From positions 1-51,779 of IMG/VR virus record IMGVR_UViG_3300032295_000393: a stretch of 51,779 nucleotides of DNA; one strand, written 5' to 3'. The stretch comes from a virus. Taxonomy: Duplodnaviria > Caudoviricetes. Below are positions 29,801 to 36,918 of this stretch, in pieces (positions within the stretch are counted from its first letter, which is position 1; each line of letters starts with the position of its first letter). The position numbers and the translations under genes are program-made. The notes under the pieces were generated by a model. That model saw nothing but the letters and a program-made list of their open reading frames with translations, was not told the origin of the DNA and did no database searches.

Positions 29801-32800
29801 TTTATTGAGCGTGGTCACTGGTCTACCATAGAGTCAGAGAAGGTGCAAAAAGCTCTCAAGAAGCTTGGTCACGATGGCTTCTTTGTGCTTGAAGGCGGCA
29901 GAAAGAATCTTGCCGTCTACGATCCCGCACAAGTCAAATCTGCCACTGGCAACATTGGCACATATGACATCAACAATCCTGATATTCGCTTCAGCTTGCG
30001 TGACAAGAATCTTCAAGAATTTGTCAAGCCAAGCCAAGAGAAGGGTGTTTGGTATCACGGCAGTGCCAATGACATTACTGAGTTCAAGCCAAAACAGGCA
30101 AACTCAATATTCTTGACTCAAGACCCTGACTTTGCCTCAACGTATACACAGTATTCGCAGGAAAGGAATATACGCAAGCTTGGCGAAATGATTGACGGAA
30201 CCAGCGAAAAGCTCCCATTAATTACAAGGCTTGTAGATGAAGCAATTGCAGACAAGAGGCTTCTCACAAATAAAAATTCAGATGGGTTTGTCGATACCAC
30301 AAGGGAGCAACACATTGAAACCTTTATGGGTCGCCCTTTGTCAAAGTCGGCTCAGTCTATTGGCATTGGCAATGAGCTTACAGAATTGCTTGCGGATCGA
30401 TTGGATGTTGGCAAAAACGTCATGCCTGTTTACGTCAGGGTTACCAATCCGTTTGATTATGACAATCCAAAGCACATCAGCAAAGTTGTAAAGCAGGCAT
30501 CAGGTGAATTGTCAAAAGACGATATAACTTGGCTCAAGCGTGGCGAATGGAGCACCGTTGAGTCTGGCCCAATTCAAGATGCCATCAGGTCGATGGGATT
30601 TGATGGCTACTATGTAAGAGAGCATGGGCGCAAAAACCTTGCTGTTTACAACTCAAACCAAATCAAGTCCGCAACAGGAAACATTGGCGCATACGATGTA
30701 GCCAATCCTGACATTCGCTTTGCGCTGAACGTACCACCCAAGCAACTCACCGCACAGACACCTGTTTACACGGCGGGACAACAAGTGCAACAAGCGGCCT
30801 CTGCGGCTCATCAAGTCTTCACCACAGACCCCAATGAGTTTTGGACAAAGCTCCGCATCAACTGGGTTGACCCCAATGCTGGCTTGACCAAGCGTTTGCA
30901 AAACCTGCCAATCTTTGATACCAAGGGTCAGCTCCGTGCTGATATGTTGAACCGTGCAAGAGCGCAATCAATCAACCTGATCAAGAATGGATTGACAGGC
31001 GGCGTACCTGTACTTAACAACGATGGCTCCATCATCATCAAGAACGATGCAGTCAACAACTTGGCAAACAGCCAACTGCTGGCGGACGGTTTAAACAGCA
31101 ACTACTATGTACGGGAGTCCGGCCTTGACGGTCGTGGCTACGTTGCCGAAGTTGCTCGTGCCTTGCGTGGCGAAGAGATCATGCAGGAGGATGCGGCGCA
31201 CAACGCTGTAAACCCACCATCAAAGCATTTAAACAGAGAGAAGCAAGTTGATGCGGCTCAGATTGCATGGGCAAAGCAACAGATGCAGAACGTCCCTGAA
31301 CTTGCAGACATATTCTCAATTTGGAAGAATGTAAACACCTCGCTGGTTGACCTTTGGGAAAAGGTTGGCTTGCTGGATGCCAAGACCGCCAGCGAATACC
31401 GTGGCAAGAAGTCATATGTGTCCCTTGCCGCTTCAATTGCAGACATGGAAGAGCGCATGGGCGAGGGCTTTGGTCACGCCTACACAGGAACAAAGGGCGT
31501 TAAGAAAATCCAACGACTGGAAGGCTCTGACCTCTTCCGCAACATTTGGGAGAACGTGAGTAAGCAGTACGCCTCAATGGTGGCTGGCGCTTATCAGAAC
31601 CAAACCCGCAAAGTTGCTGTAGATCAATTGAGCGGCCTTGGATTGGCAAGAATCACCAACCCAACAGACCCCGATATTAACTTGCGGTACAAAGATCAGA
31701 ACAACCCACAAGCAGACAAGGAAGGCATTGTCTCTGTGGTTGTGGATAACCCCAATGACGTAGCCGCATTTGAATCAATGCACTACCAACTCAGCCCCAT
31801 CATGAAGGCAATGTCAGGCGCAACAGGCGTTCTCCGTGCTGGCGCTTTGCTGAACCCAATGTTTTGGATTCGTCAGTTGATTCGTGACCCCATCCAAGCC
31901 GCACTGACCAACAGCCCTGTGGTGACTCCTTTGCACTCAGCCAAGGAATACATCAACATTCTCAGAAGAGATTCGGCAGAGGCTCGCTTGCTTGCCGAGC
32001 GTGGTGTCATTGGCCCTGTTGACTCAACGCTGGATTTGCAGGACTTCTTGGAAACTGCTGGTCAGGAGTTTTCCAAGAGGGGCGGTACTTCTGCCATGCT
32101 GGGCAAACTCATGGAGATGCACGAAGCATCCGATGCGGCAACCCGTGTGGCAATCTACAAGAAGGCATTGAGCGAGGCCCTAGCTCGTGGTTTAAACACT
32201 GTTGATGCCACCAACGAAGCTGTGTACAAGGCTCGTGAGTCCATCAACTTTGCAGTTCGTGGCAACTCCCCAACCCTTGCCGCCCTGCGCCACATGACTC
32301 CATTCTTGTCTGCCGCAATCTCCAGCTTGGATGTTTTGTATAAAGCCGCCACCGGCTACGGCCTACCACCCAGAGAACGAGCAGAGGCTCGTGCAATGTT
32401 TAAACGCAGAGCATTGATGATGGGCGCTATGAGCATCGCCTACGCCATGATGATGCAAGATGATGAGGAATATCAGAAGGTTCCTGACTACATCCGTGAC
32501 AACAACTGGCTGATCCACAACCCATTTGGCGAGGGATTCATCAAAATCCCAACCCCATTCGAGGTTGGCTTCCTGATGAAAACAATTCCAGAGGCTATGG
32601 TTCGCTACATCAGTGGCAACAGCACGGGCCAGCAGGTTATCAAATCGTATTTAAACGGCCTTGGCAATTCACTTCCCGGGGATGCTGTTCCATTGCCTCA
32701 GTTGATTAAGCCAGCCGTTGAGGCCATCACCAACTTCTCGCTGTTTACATACACTCCAATCGAGAGCATTGGCGAGTCCAAGCTTCCTGTTGAGATGCGT

Positions 32801-33358
32801 GGACGCAAGGCTTCCGAAACCGCAAAAGCCTTAAGTCAGGCTGGACTTGGCGAGATTGGTCTTTCGCCAGCCAAGATTGATCATCTGATCCAAGGCTACC
32901 TTGCGGAGTGGGGGAGCTTCTCGACCTTCTTGTTTGACAAGGCGGTCACTGAATCCAAGGGCGAAACCCCAATGGATAAGAATCTTGCACAGCAACCATT
33001 CTTCAAGTCATTCATTACCGACCCCACAAGGGATAAGGTGGTTGGCGACTTCTATGAGTTGTACAGAACCGCAAATCAAGTTTCTGCGGCTGTCAAAGAG
33101 TACAAGTCTATAGGCGAGTACAGCGCAATTGAGGACATCTACGCTGACGAGGACAAGGTCAAGTTACTTCAAGCCGCCCCCGCCTTGAACCGTATTGCTG
33201 ACAACATGGGCAAGATCAACAGCCAAATCAGGTTGATACAGAAAAGCCAGAGTATTCCTTCAGATGAGCGTTTAAAGCTTGTAACCGAGCTTGAAGGTCA
33301 GCTTGCACGAGTGGCTCGCCAGCACCTCCAGCTATCAAAAGCTCTAGGGATTCAATAA
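23876..33358 (+). CDS. Giant polyvalent internal virion protein (3160 aa)
   Basis: Contains an HETVH zincin motif, an HhH-glycosylase-like segment, RAVHDYYAH, two tandem ADP-ribosyltransferase-like domains (YHGT/YHGS) and an LPD38-like C-terminus (IRDNNW...KIPTPFEVG). Confidence 0.8.
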   Translation: MPIFKVQAPDGSVMEIEAPEGASDQAILQFAAQTYKTPPPSVRDTGFTGAAKASIEQIQADAYKTAGKLGILPIKEAEAESAKHEARSKEIFQPTEKDFLEPTGQKFRELLGGSLPYIAAPVAAAGVGMLAVPSAPILAPAIAAGLAGTAQYTGSNLARQMEADKKGLEETNLGYAVAGAVPQALLDTYSLGMTPLIRRMFASAGIQLAEKEAVDIAKRGLMSTLKDYGGVTAKTATREGLTEAAQQSIERLQAGLNITDAEARKEYFDSFIGGAVLGGTLAPVGRYLEGPARPSDQGIRPLTDQTNPLTDQANTLTDQSIAPTGVAPETFKQSAVDAGLAQGQQLYQEKAPLTSTTPIGGAIDTSVPLGRELSSTQAEIEALGKQNATLLAPEAATVQPTVAPEESAALALKLSDGLKQNPALRTQFEAAKQEFDTQGRLDLSQVFQTVLDTVPPVLTTPVIAPEVQQKVQEVRKTLIPALKKYGLEGTGLQIMDSLGNGQADGYYAENLITVALDSDNHLGAMRHETVHALKNLNAFTPQEWRVLTNKAKSDWIPQFISPERQQLYRDQYAEGNNGDMTGFDEYLQEEGIAEAFKHFNNKLPAGMVGNLMYRLRQFFQSLKNTFSGQGFNTSDSIFRGIEATKYKPQAPAIAEGKFAKREPASKAPEGIPQSIWDLHEKVRRADAESMGEIAREKGLSRGAMKRNQTMAFKRLNKAVNDFVGEEKSLDLMVQMNQESGRREAQQESGRFSFVRKATKGEKEISTQNATGVKAKFDPLEDIYSIDEKAVLEAMEINPAIKARTIEAIKDYGFIPKDTADDQVIPLFKKNIVNNLLFLYNSVPAEIRNRSKLWYDGANKIAKQMGKEYSLTDMQVSGILAAMSPQKDWFQNVSMAERAIDILSKRGDMAWDANMLKYAQSYVKNTKDRKEQEKRGLAYKKIEKVAKAGTKLNDMDIESAAAFVRAYDEAFHSRSYRIVTPEGGFSGLVMNMPDKKGDIKESTLMWSTYDPIEKSVSIYRNGSRDNISQQLGFEHKIRSFYNNIVAPNSDISHVTIDTHAVAAGLFEALAGSDLAVAQNFGATGTADNIGVGGTYGLIADAYRDAAKQVGMKAREMQSITWEAVRGLFDENMKSSMKAPIRGQWTKYKNGDQTFEQAREKIIKIAGGMQDPQWVGSDAGQTIAEGASSYDKSFQPEGGVRLRKEEDIREKITVNLSNVTSSIPGLNELYNRSMSGDEKAYAVLQDTAKAHLEHLLSGTSAKVNIEPVMGAYGSEREPAINAALSFPEADRKEVMAAVARFATNFNQQQVHVRQATAYPFGHDFGDGSYATNVWKMGINRQLTNDELAEIIKETGIPAITVAGKEKDGKTQWTATTYFVDPFENTEKAYEEYIQQVKSLDKALARVVGRSDKAVKPSVERLYVYGDGYGARLGYESIAGDVRPKQASDTRSPKLVAEYFKGESVEGFKQKGLSKDEIAAQKSLAQVFEALPTNDLKRPIVRRAYTALANELKEQYKVLPIKVEVVTDVMMDGKSYNYFNKDGVKELRDDLTRGMTEAEADSAIKYLQDNYGQPDSAWKKKGGLLSRVEADNKDVYTSSSAVRRDVSENNKLRVYKTSPETFGPKGASFKSHPLLKDSGLKDANGYPMLYNDLLRAVHDYYAHNITATEFGPKGELAAARNHLAVTKDPMAKWALIAETRLQNAWQNFTKGVEAIPLKDRPFATQKAALPPIEYALSGDPLTDVPVRKLMEELTPEQSLGSLPPSAPIAKKYKFSLREPMSTLGYPASRIKAPDTPAFKQWFGNSKIVDAKGNPLVLYHGTARDITAFKPKQAGAIFLTADPTFAEDFGDASEAYMIKELFNGATPQERNKYIMDGANVARKNGDISAKEFAEIKSDFSKMDVTFGLIPSAIEQEVTYVLKNQLPTRQNILPLFASVKNPFNFADKQQVDALNAELNQPEYNRFLKEGDEKYGDKNRGFIERGHWSTIESEKVQKALKKLGHDGFFVLEGGRKNLAVYDPAQVKSATGNIGTYDINNPDIRFSLRDKNLQEFVKPSQEKGVWYHGSANDITEFKPKQANSIFLTQDPDFASTYTQYSQERNIRKLGEMIDGTSEKLPLITRLVDEAIADKRLLTNKNSDGFVDTTREQHIETFMGRPLSKSAQSIGIGNELTELLADRLDVGKNVMPVYVRVTNPFDYDNPKHISKVVKQASGELSKDDITWLKRGEWSTVESGPIQDAIRSMGFDGYYVREHGRKNLAVYNSNQIKSATGNIGAYDVANPDIRFALNVPPKQLTAQTPVYTAGQQVQQAASAAHQVFTTDPNEFWTKLRINWVDPNAGLTKRLQNLPIFDTKGQLRADMLNRARAQSINLIKNGLTGGVPVLNNDGSIIIKNDAVNNLANSQLLADGLNSNYYVRESGLDGRGYVAEVARALRGEEIMQEDAAHNAVNPPSKHLNREKQVDAAQIAWAKQQMQNVPELADIFSIWKNVNTSLVDLWEKVGLLDAKTASEYRGKKSYVSLAASIADMEERMGEGFGHAYTGTKGVKKIQRLEGSDLFRNIWENVSKQYASMVAGAYQNQTRKVAVDQLSGLGLARITNPTDPDINLRYKDQNNPQADKEGIVSVVVDNPNDVAAFESMHYQLSPIMKAMSGATGVLRAGALLNPMFWIRQLIRDPIQAALTNSPVVTPLHSAKEYINILRRDSAEARLLAERGVIGPVDSTLDLQDFLETAGQEFSKRGGTSAMLGKLMEMHEASDAATRVAIYKKALSEALARGLNTVDATNEAVYKARESINFAVRGNSPTLAALRHMTPFLSAAISSLDVLYKAATGYGLPPRERAEARAMFKRRALMMGAMSIAYAMMMQDDEEYQKVPDYIRDNNWLIHNPFGEGFIKIPTPFEVGFLMKTIPEAMVRYISGNSTGQQVIKSYLNGLGNSLPGDAVPLPQLIKPAVEAITNFSLFTYTPIESIGESKLPVEMRGRKASETAKALSQAGLGEIGLSPAKIDHLIQGYLAEWGSFSTFLFDKAVTESKGETPMDKNLAQQPFFKSFITDPTRDKVVGDFYELYRTANQVSAAVKEYKSIGEYSAIEDIYADEDKVKLLQAAPALNRIADNMGKINSQIRLIQKSQSIPSDERLKLVTELEGQLARVARQHLQLSKALGIQ

Positions 33359-33596
33359 GCAACTCCTCCTCAGAGACTTTGTGTTTCCTCTCAAAGGCTT
33401 TGCGACCTAAGCCGTGGATTCCGCTGTCTCCTCTGTGGTGTTCGGGGCATAGCCCGATAACAGGGGCGTTGCTTCTCTTTCCTGCTCTTCGTATATGGTG
33501 GATTTCGCACGGAGTTTCACCATAGCCAAGATGGCGACAGAGCGAGCATCCCAGTCCAGCAATGGCTGAGTAATGTTGTTTTTCATTTTTGGTCAA
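33228..33596 (-). CDS. Ref/DUF968-like HNH nuclease
   Basis: GCSLC...EIHHIR...GLCPEHHRG..GIH. Confidence 0.75.
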   Translation of the reverse strand: MTKNEKQHYSAIAGLGCSLCRHLGYGETPCEIHHIRRAGKRSNAPVIGLCPEHHRGDSGIHGLGRKAFERKHKVSEEELLIESLELLIAGGAGEPLVQADLQARLQALNAHLKEYSGFSVST

Positions 33597-34039
33597 AAGG
33601 GCAACTCCAAATTTACAAGCTTGAACTTGTCGATTGGAACATCATAAAAATACTCACCCTGCGGAACATGGATATTGCAAACTTCTCTGATTTGGCTTGT
33701 AACGATACTCTTTGCATCGCATATGTAGGCGTGTCTGAAGTCGTTGGTGACCGCCGCAAAGTAAGTGGGAGCTGGATTATCCAACAGCTTTGCCTTGCGT
33801 AAGCCAACGTGGATGGTTTGGAATGGGCATAAATTGTTTTTGCCATCCCACCAGTTCCTGACCTCAACCTCCATGAAGGCGTGAAGAGAGCCGTTGAGTC
33901 GCAGGATCAAGTCAACCCTGTAGTCCTCATACTCAGCCGCCTCCACTCCATGCCCCCACGCCAGCCAACAGGCGACCGCCCTTTTTGCAGGGAGGTCGTA
34001 CTTGTCATTCTCCTCTTGGCTGAACTGTTTAAACGTCAC
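33593..34039 (-). CDS. Putative PD-(D/E)xK nuclease-fold protein
   Basis: YRVDLIL...FMEVEVR...RKAK...GEYFYDVP. Confidence 0.6.
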   Translation of the reverse strand: MTFKQFSQEENDKYDLPAKRAVACWLAWGHGVEAAEYEDYRVDLILRLNGSLHAFMEVEVRNWWDGKNNLCPFQTIHVGLRKAKLLDNPAPTYFAAVTNDFRHAYICDAKSIVTSQIREVCNIHVPQGEYFYDVPIDKFKLVNLELPF

Positions 34040-34278
34040 GCAAGTTCAGGGATTGCTTGAGTCGCTTCGTTTGAGCCGCCATCCAAGTCAAGCTTAGTTT
34101 GATCCGGCGACACCGCAGTCTCAACCGTCTTGCCTTCAGCCAAACACTTGATCAAGTCATCTTGCGATGCCACACGGATGTTGTACTCCTGAGCGGCTAC
34201 AAACTGCAATGCTTGCGCTCTGTGACCTGCTCTAACCAAGCGTGAACCGCTGTTGCTAGACACCATATAAACTCTCAT
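34036..34278 (-). CDS. Hypothetical protein
   Basis: RLVRAGHRAQALQFVA...VASQDDLI; coupled ORF with AAGGA RBS. Confidence 0.7.
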   Translation of the reverse strand: MRVYMVSSNSGSRLVRAGHRAQALQFVAAQEYNIRVASQDDLIKCLAEGKTVETAVSPDQTKLDLDGGSNEATQAIPELA

Positions 34279-34457
34279 TTTTCTTCCTTTGAAATTGAAG
34301 GCGACTTGTGGTGCGCCTCCTTAACCTTGTGCTCCCTTAAGAACGCCCTGAGCCACTTGCCAGCCCCAAGCTTTTTGTATTCTTCGTACTCGCTCTGAGT
34401 CACACGAATACCTATTGTTTTTCCGGCTTTGGTTATTTCACTTTTGGGTCTTGGCAC
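34275..34457 (-). CDS. Small DNA-binding protein (ribbon-helix-helix-like)
   Basis: MPRPKSE...IGIRVTQSEYEEYKKLG..WLR. Confidence 0.55.
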   Translation of the reverse strand: MPRPKSEITKAGKTIGIRVTQSEYEEYKKLGAGKWLRAFLREHKVKEAHHKSPSISKEEK

Positions 34458-34638
34458 TTTCTTTCCCCCTGCTGTAAATAACTATTTGCTTTTTCTCGTT
34501 GAGCTTATCCATTGCTCGTTGACTTGCAAGCTGACCTGCTCTAGCCCCACTTGCCATTTGCTTCATCTTCATATCGCTTGAGAAAACACTTGGCCCTTGC
34601 CAATCAAACGCCGTCCCCGTAGATCTCCGCACAGTCAT
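34438..34638 (-). CDS. Hypothetical protein
   Basis: In-operon ORF with GGAG RBS. Confidence 0.55.
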   Translation of the reverse strand: MTVRRSTGTAFDWQGPSVFSSDMKMKQMASGARAGQLASQRAMDKLNEKKQIVIYSRGKESAKTQK

Positions 34639-34777
34639 GCTTGTCTCCCTCTCTCTTTGTTAAAAATACCAATCTGCATTTGGCGCAAGCCCAAGCCGAA
34701 CCGACCACAACGATGGTCTTTTTGTTTGCGTGTGCGCCAATCAGTCTTCCAAAAAATGTGCGTATGCGTTCAAGCAT
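34604..34777 (-). CDS. Small zinc-finger-like protein
   Basis: Start MLERIRT; CAKC...FLTK...HDC. Confidence 0.55.
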   Translation of the reverse strand: MLERIRTFFGRLIGAHANKKTIVVVGSAWACAKCRLVFLTKREGDKHDCAEIYGDGV

Positions 34778-34970
34778 TTTTTCTCTCCCATCGTTTACAC
34801 AGCGCCCTCGCATTCTTGCTCTTGGGCTTCCTGTTGCACATCTCGTTGATTGATTTTTCTTTTGCCATCACCTGTAACTGTCGAGGTGTAATGGGTTTGG
34901 GCGGGTCAGGGAAGAGTCCGTTGTATCCAGTTACAGATAACGCAACGCCAAGAATGAGTCGGTCAATCAT
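34770..34970 (-). CDS. Small secreted/membrane hypothetical protein
   Basis: Hydrophobic N-terminus; coupled ORF. Confidence 0.6.
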   Translation of the reverse strand: MIDRLILGVALSVTGYNGLFPDPPKPITPRQLQVMAKEKSINEMCNRKPKSKNARALCKRWERKNA

Positions 34971-35254
34971 GTGTTCTTCTCCCTTAATAGTTTGTTCGTC
35001 AGTGTGACCGCATGGTCTTTTGACCTCGCCTGTTTTGCAACGACTTGAATCTCCTCATCTGTCAGATCTACCCATGTGCGCTGTGACTTTAAATAATCGT
35101 GCATTGCCATCATTGCGTTTGCAAACCAAGCCAGCATCAATGACTCATCAATATCTTCAATCTGCCAGCTTGCCTTTTCTTTTGTATGAATGAAAAACTT
35201 TGCCCACGCTTGTGCGTCTGGATTGCTATGAATTTTCATGTCGTATTGCGTCAT
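34967..35254 (-). CDS. Hypothetical protein
   Basis: Start MTQYD; RTWVDLTDEEI...LREKN motif common in phage small ORFs. Confidence 0.65.
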   Translation of the reverse strand: MTQYDMKIHSNPDAQAWAKFFIHTKEKASWQIEDIDESLMLAWFANAMMAMHDYLKSQRTWVDLTDEEIQVVAKQARSKDHAVTLTNKLLREKNT

Positions 35255-35400
35255 TGCACACCCCGCATTTCCCATCCAAGCAAAAAATAATTCCAGCGAG
35301 TTTGAACTCCGCTGTTGTTATACCTACCCTTTGCCCCGCTGAAGTCTGTATAGCCTTTGGCTCTCATCATTGCTTCAAACACTTGTTGTGCTTTGCTCAT
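35251..35400 (-). CDS. Small hypothetical protein (49 aa, not in ORF track)
   Basis: AAGGAG RBS; MSKAQQVFEAMMRAKGYTDFS...QTRWNYFLLGWEMRGVQ; ATGA overlaps on both sides. Confidence 0.65.
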   Translation of the reverse strand: MSKAQQVFEAMMRAKGYTDFSGAKGRYNNSGVQTRWNYFLLGWEMRGVQ

Positions 35401-35657
35401 AGCTTCTCCTTCAAATAAAACTCCATTGCAATCCGATATGGGTCAAGCGCAGGTAGAGGGCTGTTGTTAAAGTAATAGTATGTCGGCTTGCTCTCATCCA
35501 CCGATGTAACAACTGTTCCATCAACGACATGGTGATACCTTGTTTTGCTCTCTTTGATTGTGTAACCCTCTGCCCTTGCCACAGCCAACTTCAACTCAAT
35601 GCTTCCAATGGGAGCATAGTTCTTGATGGTGTCGTCTTTTCCAATCAACTTATTCAT
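35397..35657 (-). CDS. Hypothetical protein
   Basis: Coupled ORF with AAGGA RBS. Confidence 0.6.
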   Translation of the reverse strand: MNKLIGKDDTIKNYAPIGSIELKLAVARAEGYTIKESKTRYHHVVDGTVVTSVDESKPTYYYFNNSPLPALDPYRIAMEFYLKEKL

Positions 35658-35836
35658 TTCTTATCCTTTACCCACAAGCAATCAAAACAGATACGCATCA
35701 TCCAGCGCACAAACAAATTTGGAACCTTACCTTTTGTTGGGCGATATACGATACCCATGCCGTTGGGTCTGTTTCCAAACAAATAGCACTGCCAGTCAGA
35801 TTGTTCAGGAGTTATTTGAAATTTGTGTTCAGTCAC
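35654..35836 (-). CDS. Hypothetical protein
   Basis: Probable GTG start at 35836 (TEHKFQ...SDWQCYLFG...VPN.FVRWMM..CF). Confidence 0.55.
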   Translation of the reverse strand: MTEHKFQITPEQSDWQCYLFGNRPNGMGIVYRPTKGKVPNLFVRWMMRICFDCLWVKDKK

Positions 35837-36045
35837 ACCTTCTCCCTTGTAATCTTTGGCTTCCTGCGTAAGACGTACAGCCAATACCTGAATGACTTAT
35901 GCCCCACCTTCCATGCGCCAATGTTTAAACGGACTGCATACAGGAACACACCCCACTTGTACGCCCATGCAAGTTCTTTCTGCATTGAAGCCCAATCAGC
36001 GTAGTTGCCGTTTTTGTATGCGATTCGGTACTTGTACTCAGTCAT
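35833..36045 (-). CDS. Hypothetical protein
   Basis: Coupled ORF. Confidence 0.55.
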   Translation of the reverse strand: MTEYKYRIAYKNGNYADWASMQKELAWAYKWGVFLYAVRLNIGAWKVGHKSFRYWLYVLRRKPKITREKV

Positions 36046-36224
36046 GCTTCCCTAGCTTTCAGCATTGCGTCTGCAATTTCGTAAGCCGTCTTTGCAAGCT
36101 GTTCGTAGGATGCGCCCACGCTTGTTCTTAACATTGCTTGTGCCGCAAAGTAGTCCCGCAAGGTCATGCCTGTGTGTTGCATTACGCTAATGATTGGCGT
36201 TGGAAATGCTGGTTCGCTGTTCAT
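36042..36224 (-). CDS. Conserved small phage protein (GMTLRDYFAA family)
   Basis: PAFP...GMTLRDYFAAQAM...AYEIADAMLKAR. Confidence 0.8.
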   Translation of the reverse strand: MNSEPAFPTPIISVMQHTGMTLRDYFAAQAMLRTSVGASYEQLAKTAYEIADAMLKAREA

Positions 36225-36454
36225 TTCTTCAAGCTCCTGATATAGATTGCCAACGAACTGATGGTGTCTTGACCAAAGCCTTTCATCTTCTCGATGTGCT
36301 GTGCTACCTCTTCGATGGTGTCGTTCATGCCATCTTTGTAGCCTGAGTCATACAAATCACTTGCCAGTGCCGCCCTCATTGCCGCTTGCACTGACTCTTT
36401 GCGTTGCTTTGCTTGTCGTTCAATCTCGTTGAATGCTTCATCCTCTTCAGTCAT
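36221..36454 (-). CDS. Hypothetical protein
   Basis: Start MTEEDEAFNEIER; NDTIEEVA...FGQDTISS. Confidence 0.65.
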   Translation of the reverse strand: MTEEDEAFNEIERQAKQRKESVQAAMRAALASDLYDSGYKDGMNDTIEEVAQHIEKMKGFGQDTISSLAIYIRSLKK

Positions 36455-36632
36455 GTTTATCCCCTGATTGTTTAAACTTCTTGATGGCATCCTCAAGAGG
36501 CGGTATGGCTTCTGTTGCAATTAGCACGGCGCTCTTGTCGGGCATAACAGCCATGTGTAGCCACCTTGCGCTTTTGATTTGCCGCAAGGCGACAAGCGCC
36601 TTCTGCATTGCCTTTAAAGCTTCGTCACTCAT
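36447..36632 (-). CDS. Hypothetical protein
   Basis: Coupled ORF. Confidence 0.55.
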   Translation of the reverse strand: MSDEALKAMQKALVALRQIKSARWLHMAVMPDKSAVLIATEAIPPLEDAIKKFKQSGDKHD

Positions 36633-36744
36633 CTTTGTCTACGTTCTGTAGCAAATAGAGCGCCCAAATCAAAATAGCGCCAAAGGCAATCACCGTGAAA
36701 GCTCCAAACAGCATCAGCATAAAAGTGACAGCAACATCCCACAT
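36625..36744 (-). CDS. Small single-TM protein (39 aa, not in ORF track)
   Basis: GAGGAGG RBS; MWDVAVTFMLMLFGAFTVIAFGAILIWALYLLQNVDKDE. Confidence 0.6.
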   Translation of the reverse strand: MWDVAVTFMLMLFGAFTVIAFGAILIWALYLLQNVDKDE

Positions 36745-36753
36745 AGCGCCTCC

Positions 36754-36909
36754 TCAGTTGAACCAAAGATAAAAGCCGTGCAATATCCCAATGGGGAAGA
36801 AGATTGCGCCAGCAACCAAGAACCCCCACATCGCTTGTGCAAAGCAAGTGAAGATGTGCGTGAGCCATGCGATAAAACACATCAACCCAATAAATGATGC
36901 CCAGTTCAT
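36754..36909 (-). CDS. Small two-TM protein (51 aa, not in ORF track)
   Basis: AAGGGG RBS; MNWASFIGLMCFIAWLTHIFTCF...GAIFFPIGILHGFYLWFN. Confidence 0.65.
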   Translation of the reverse strand: MNWASFIGLMCFIAWLTHIFTCFAQAMWGFLVAGAIFFPIGILHGFYLWFN

Positions 36910-36918
36910 GCTTGCCCC

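Noticed and set aside
91-33113. Many minus-strand and alternate-frame ORFs within the structural genes
   Set aside because: They are shadow ORFs of well-supported genes without RBS or motifs; only the Rz1-like 15508-15756 was kept
23876-33358. Giant ORF as an N4- or crAss-like virion RNA polymerase, or as an intein-containing protein
   Set aside because: I found no DxDGD-type or T7-like polymerase motifs and no intein splice or LAGLIDADG motifs; the motifs fit a polyvalent protein
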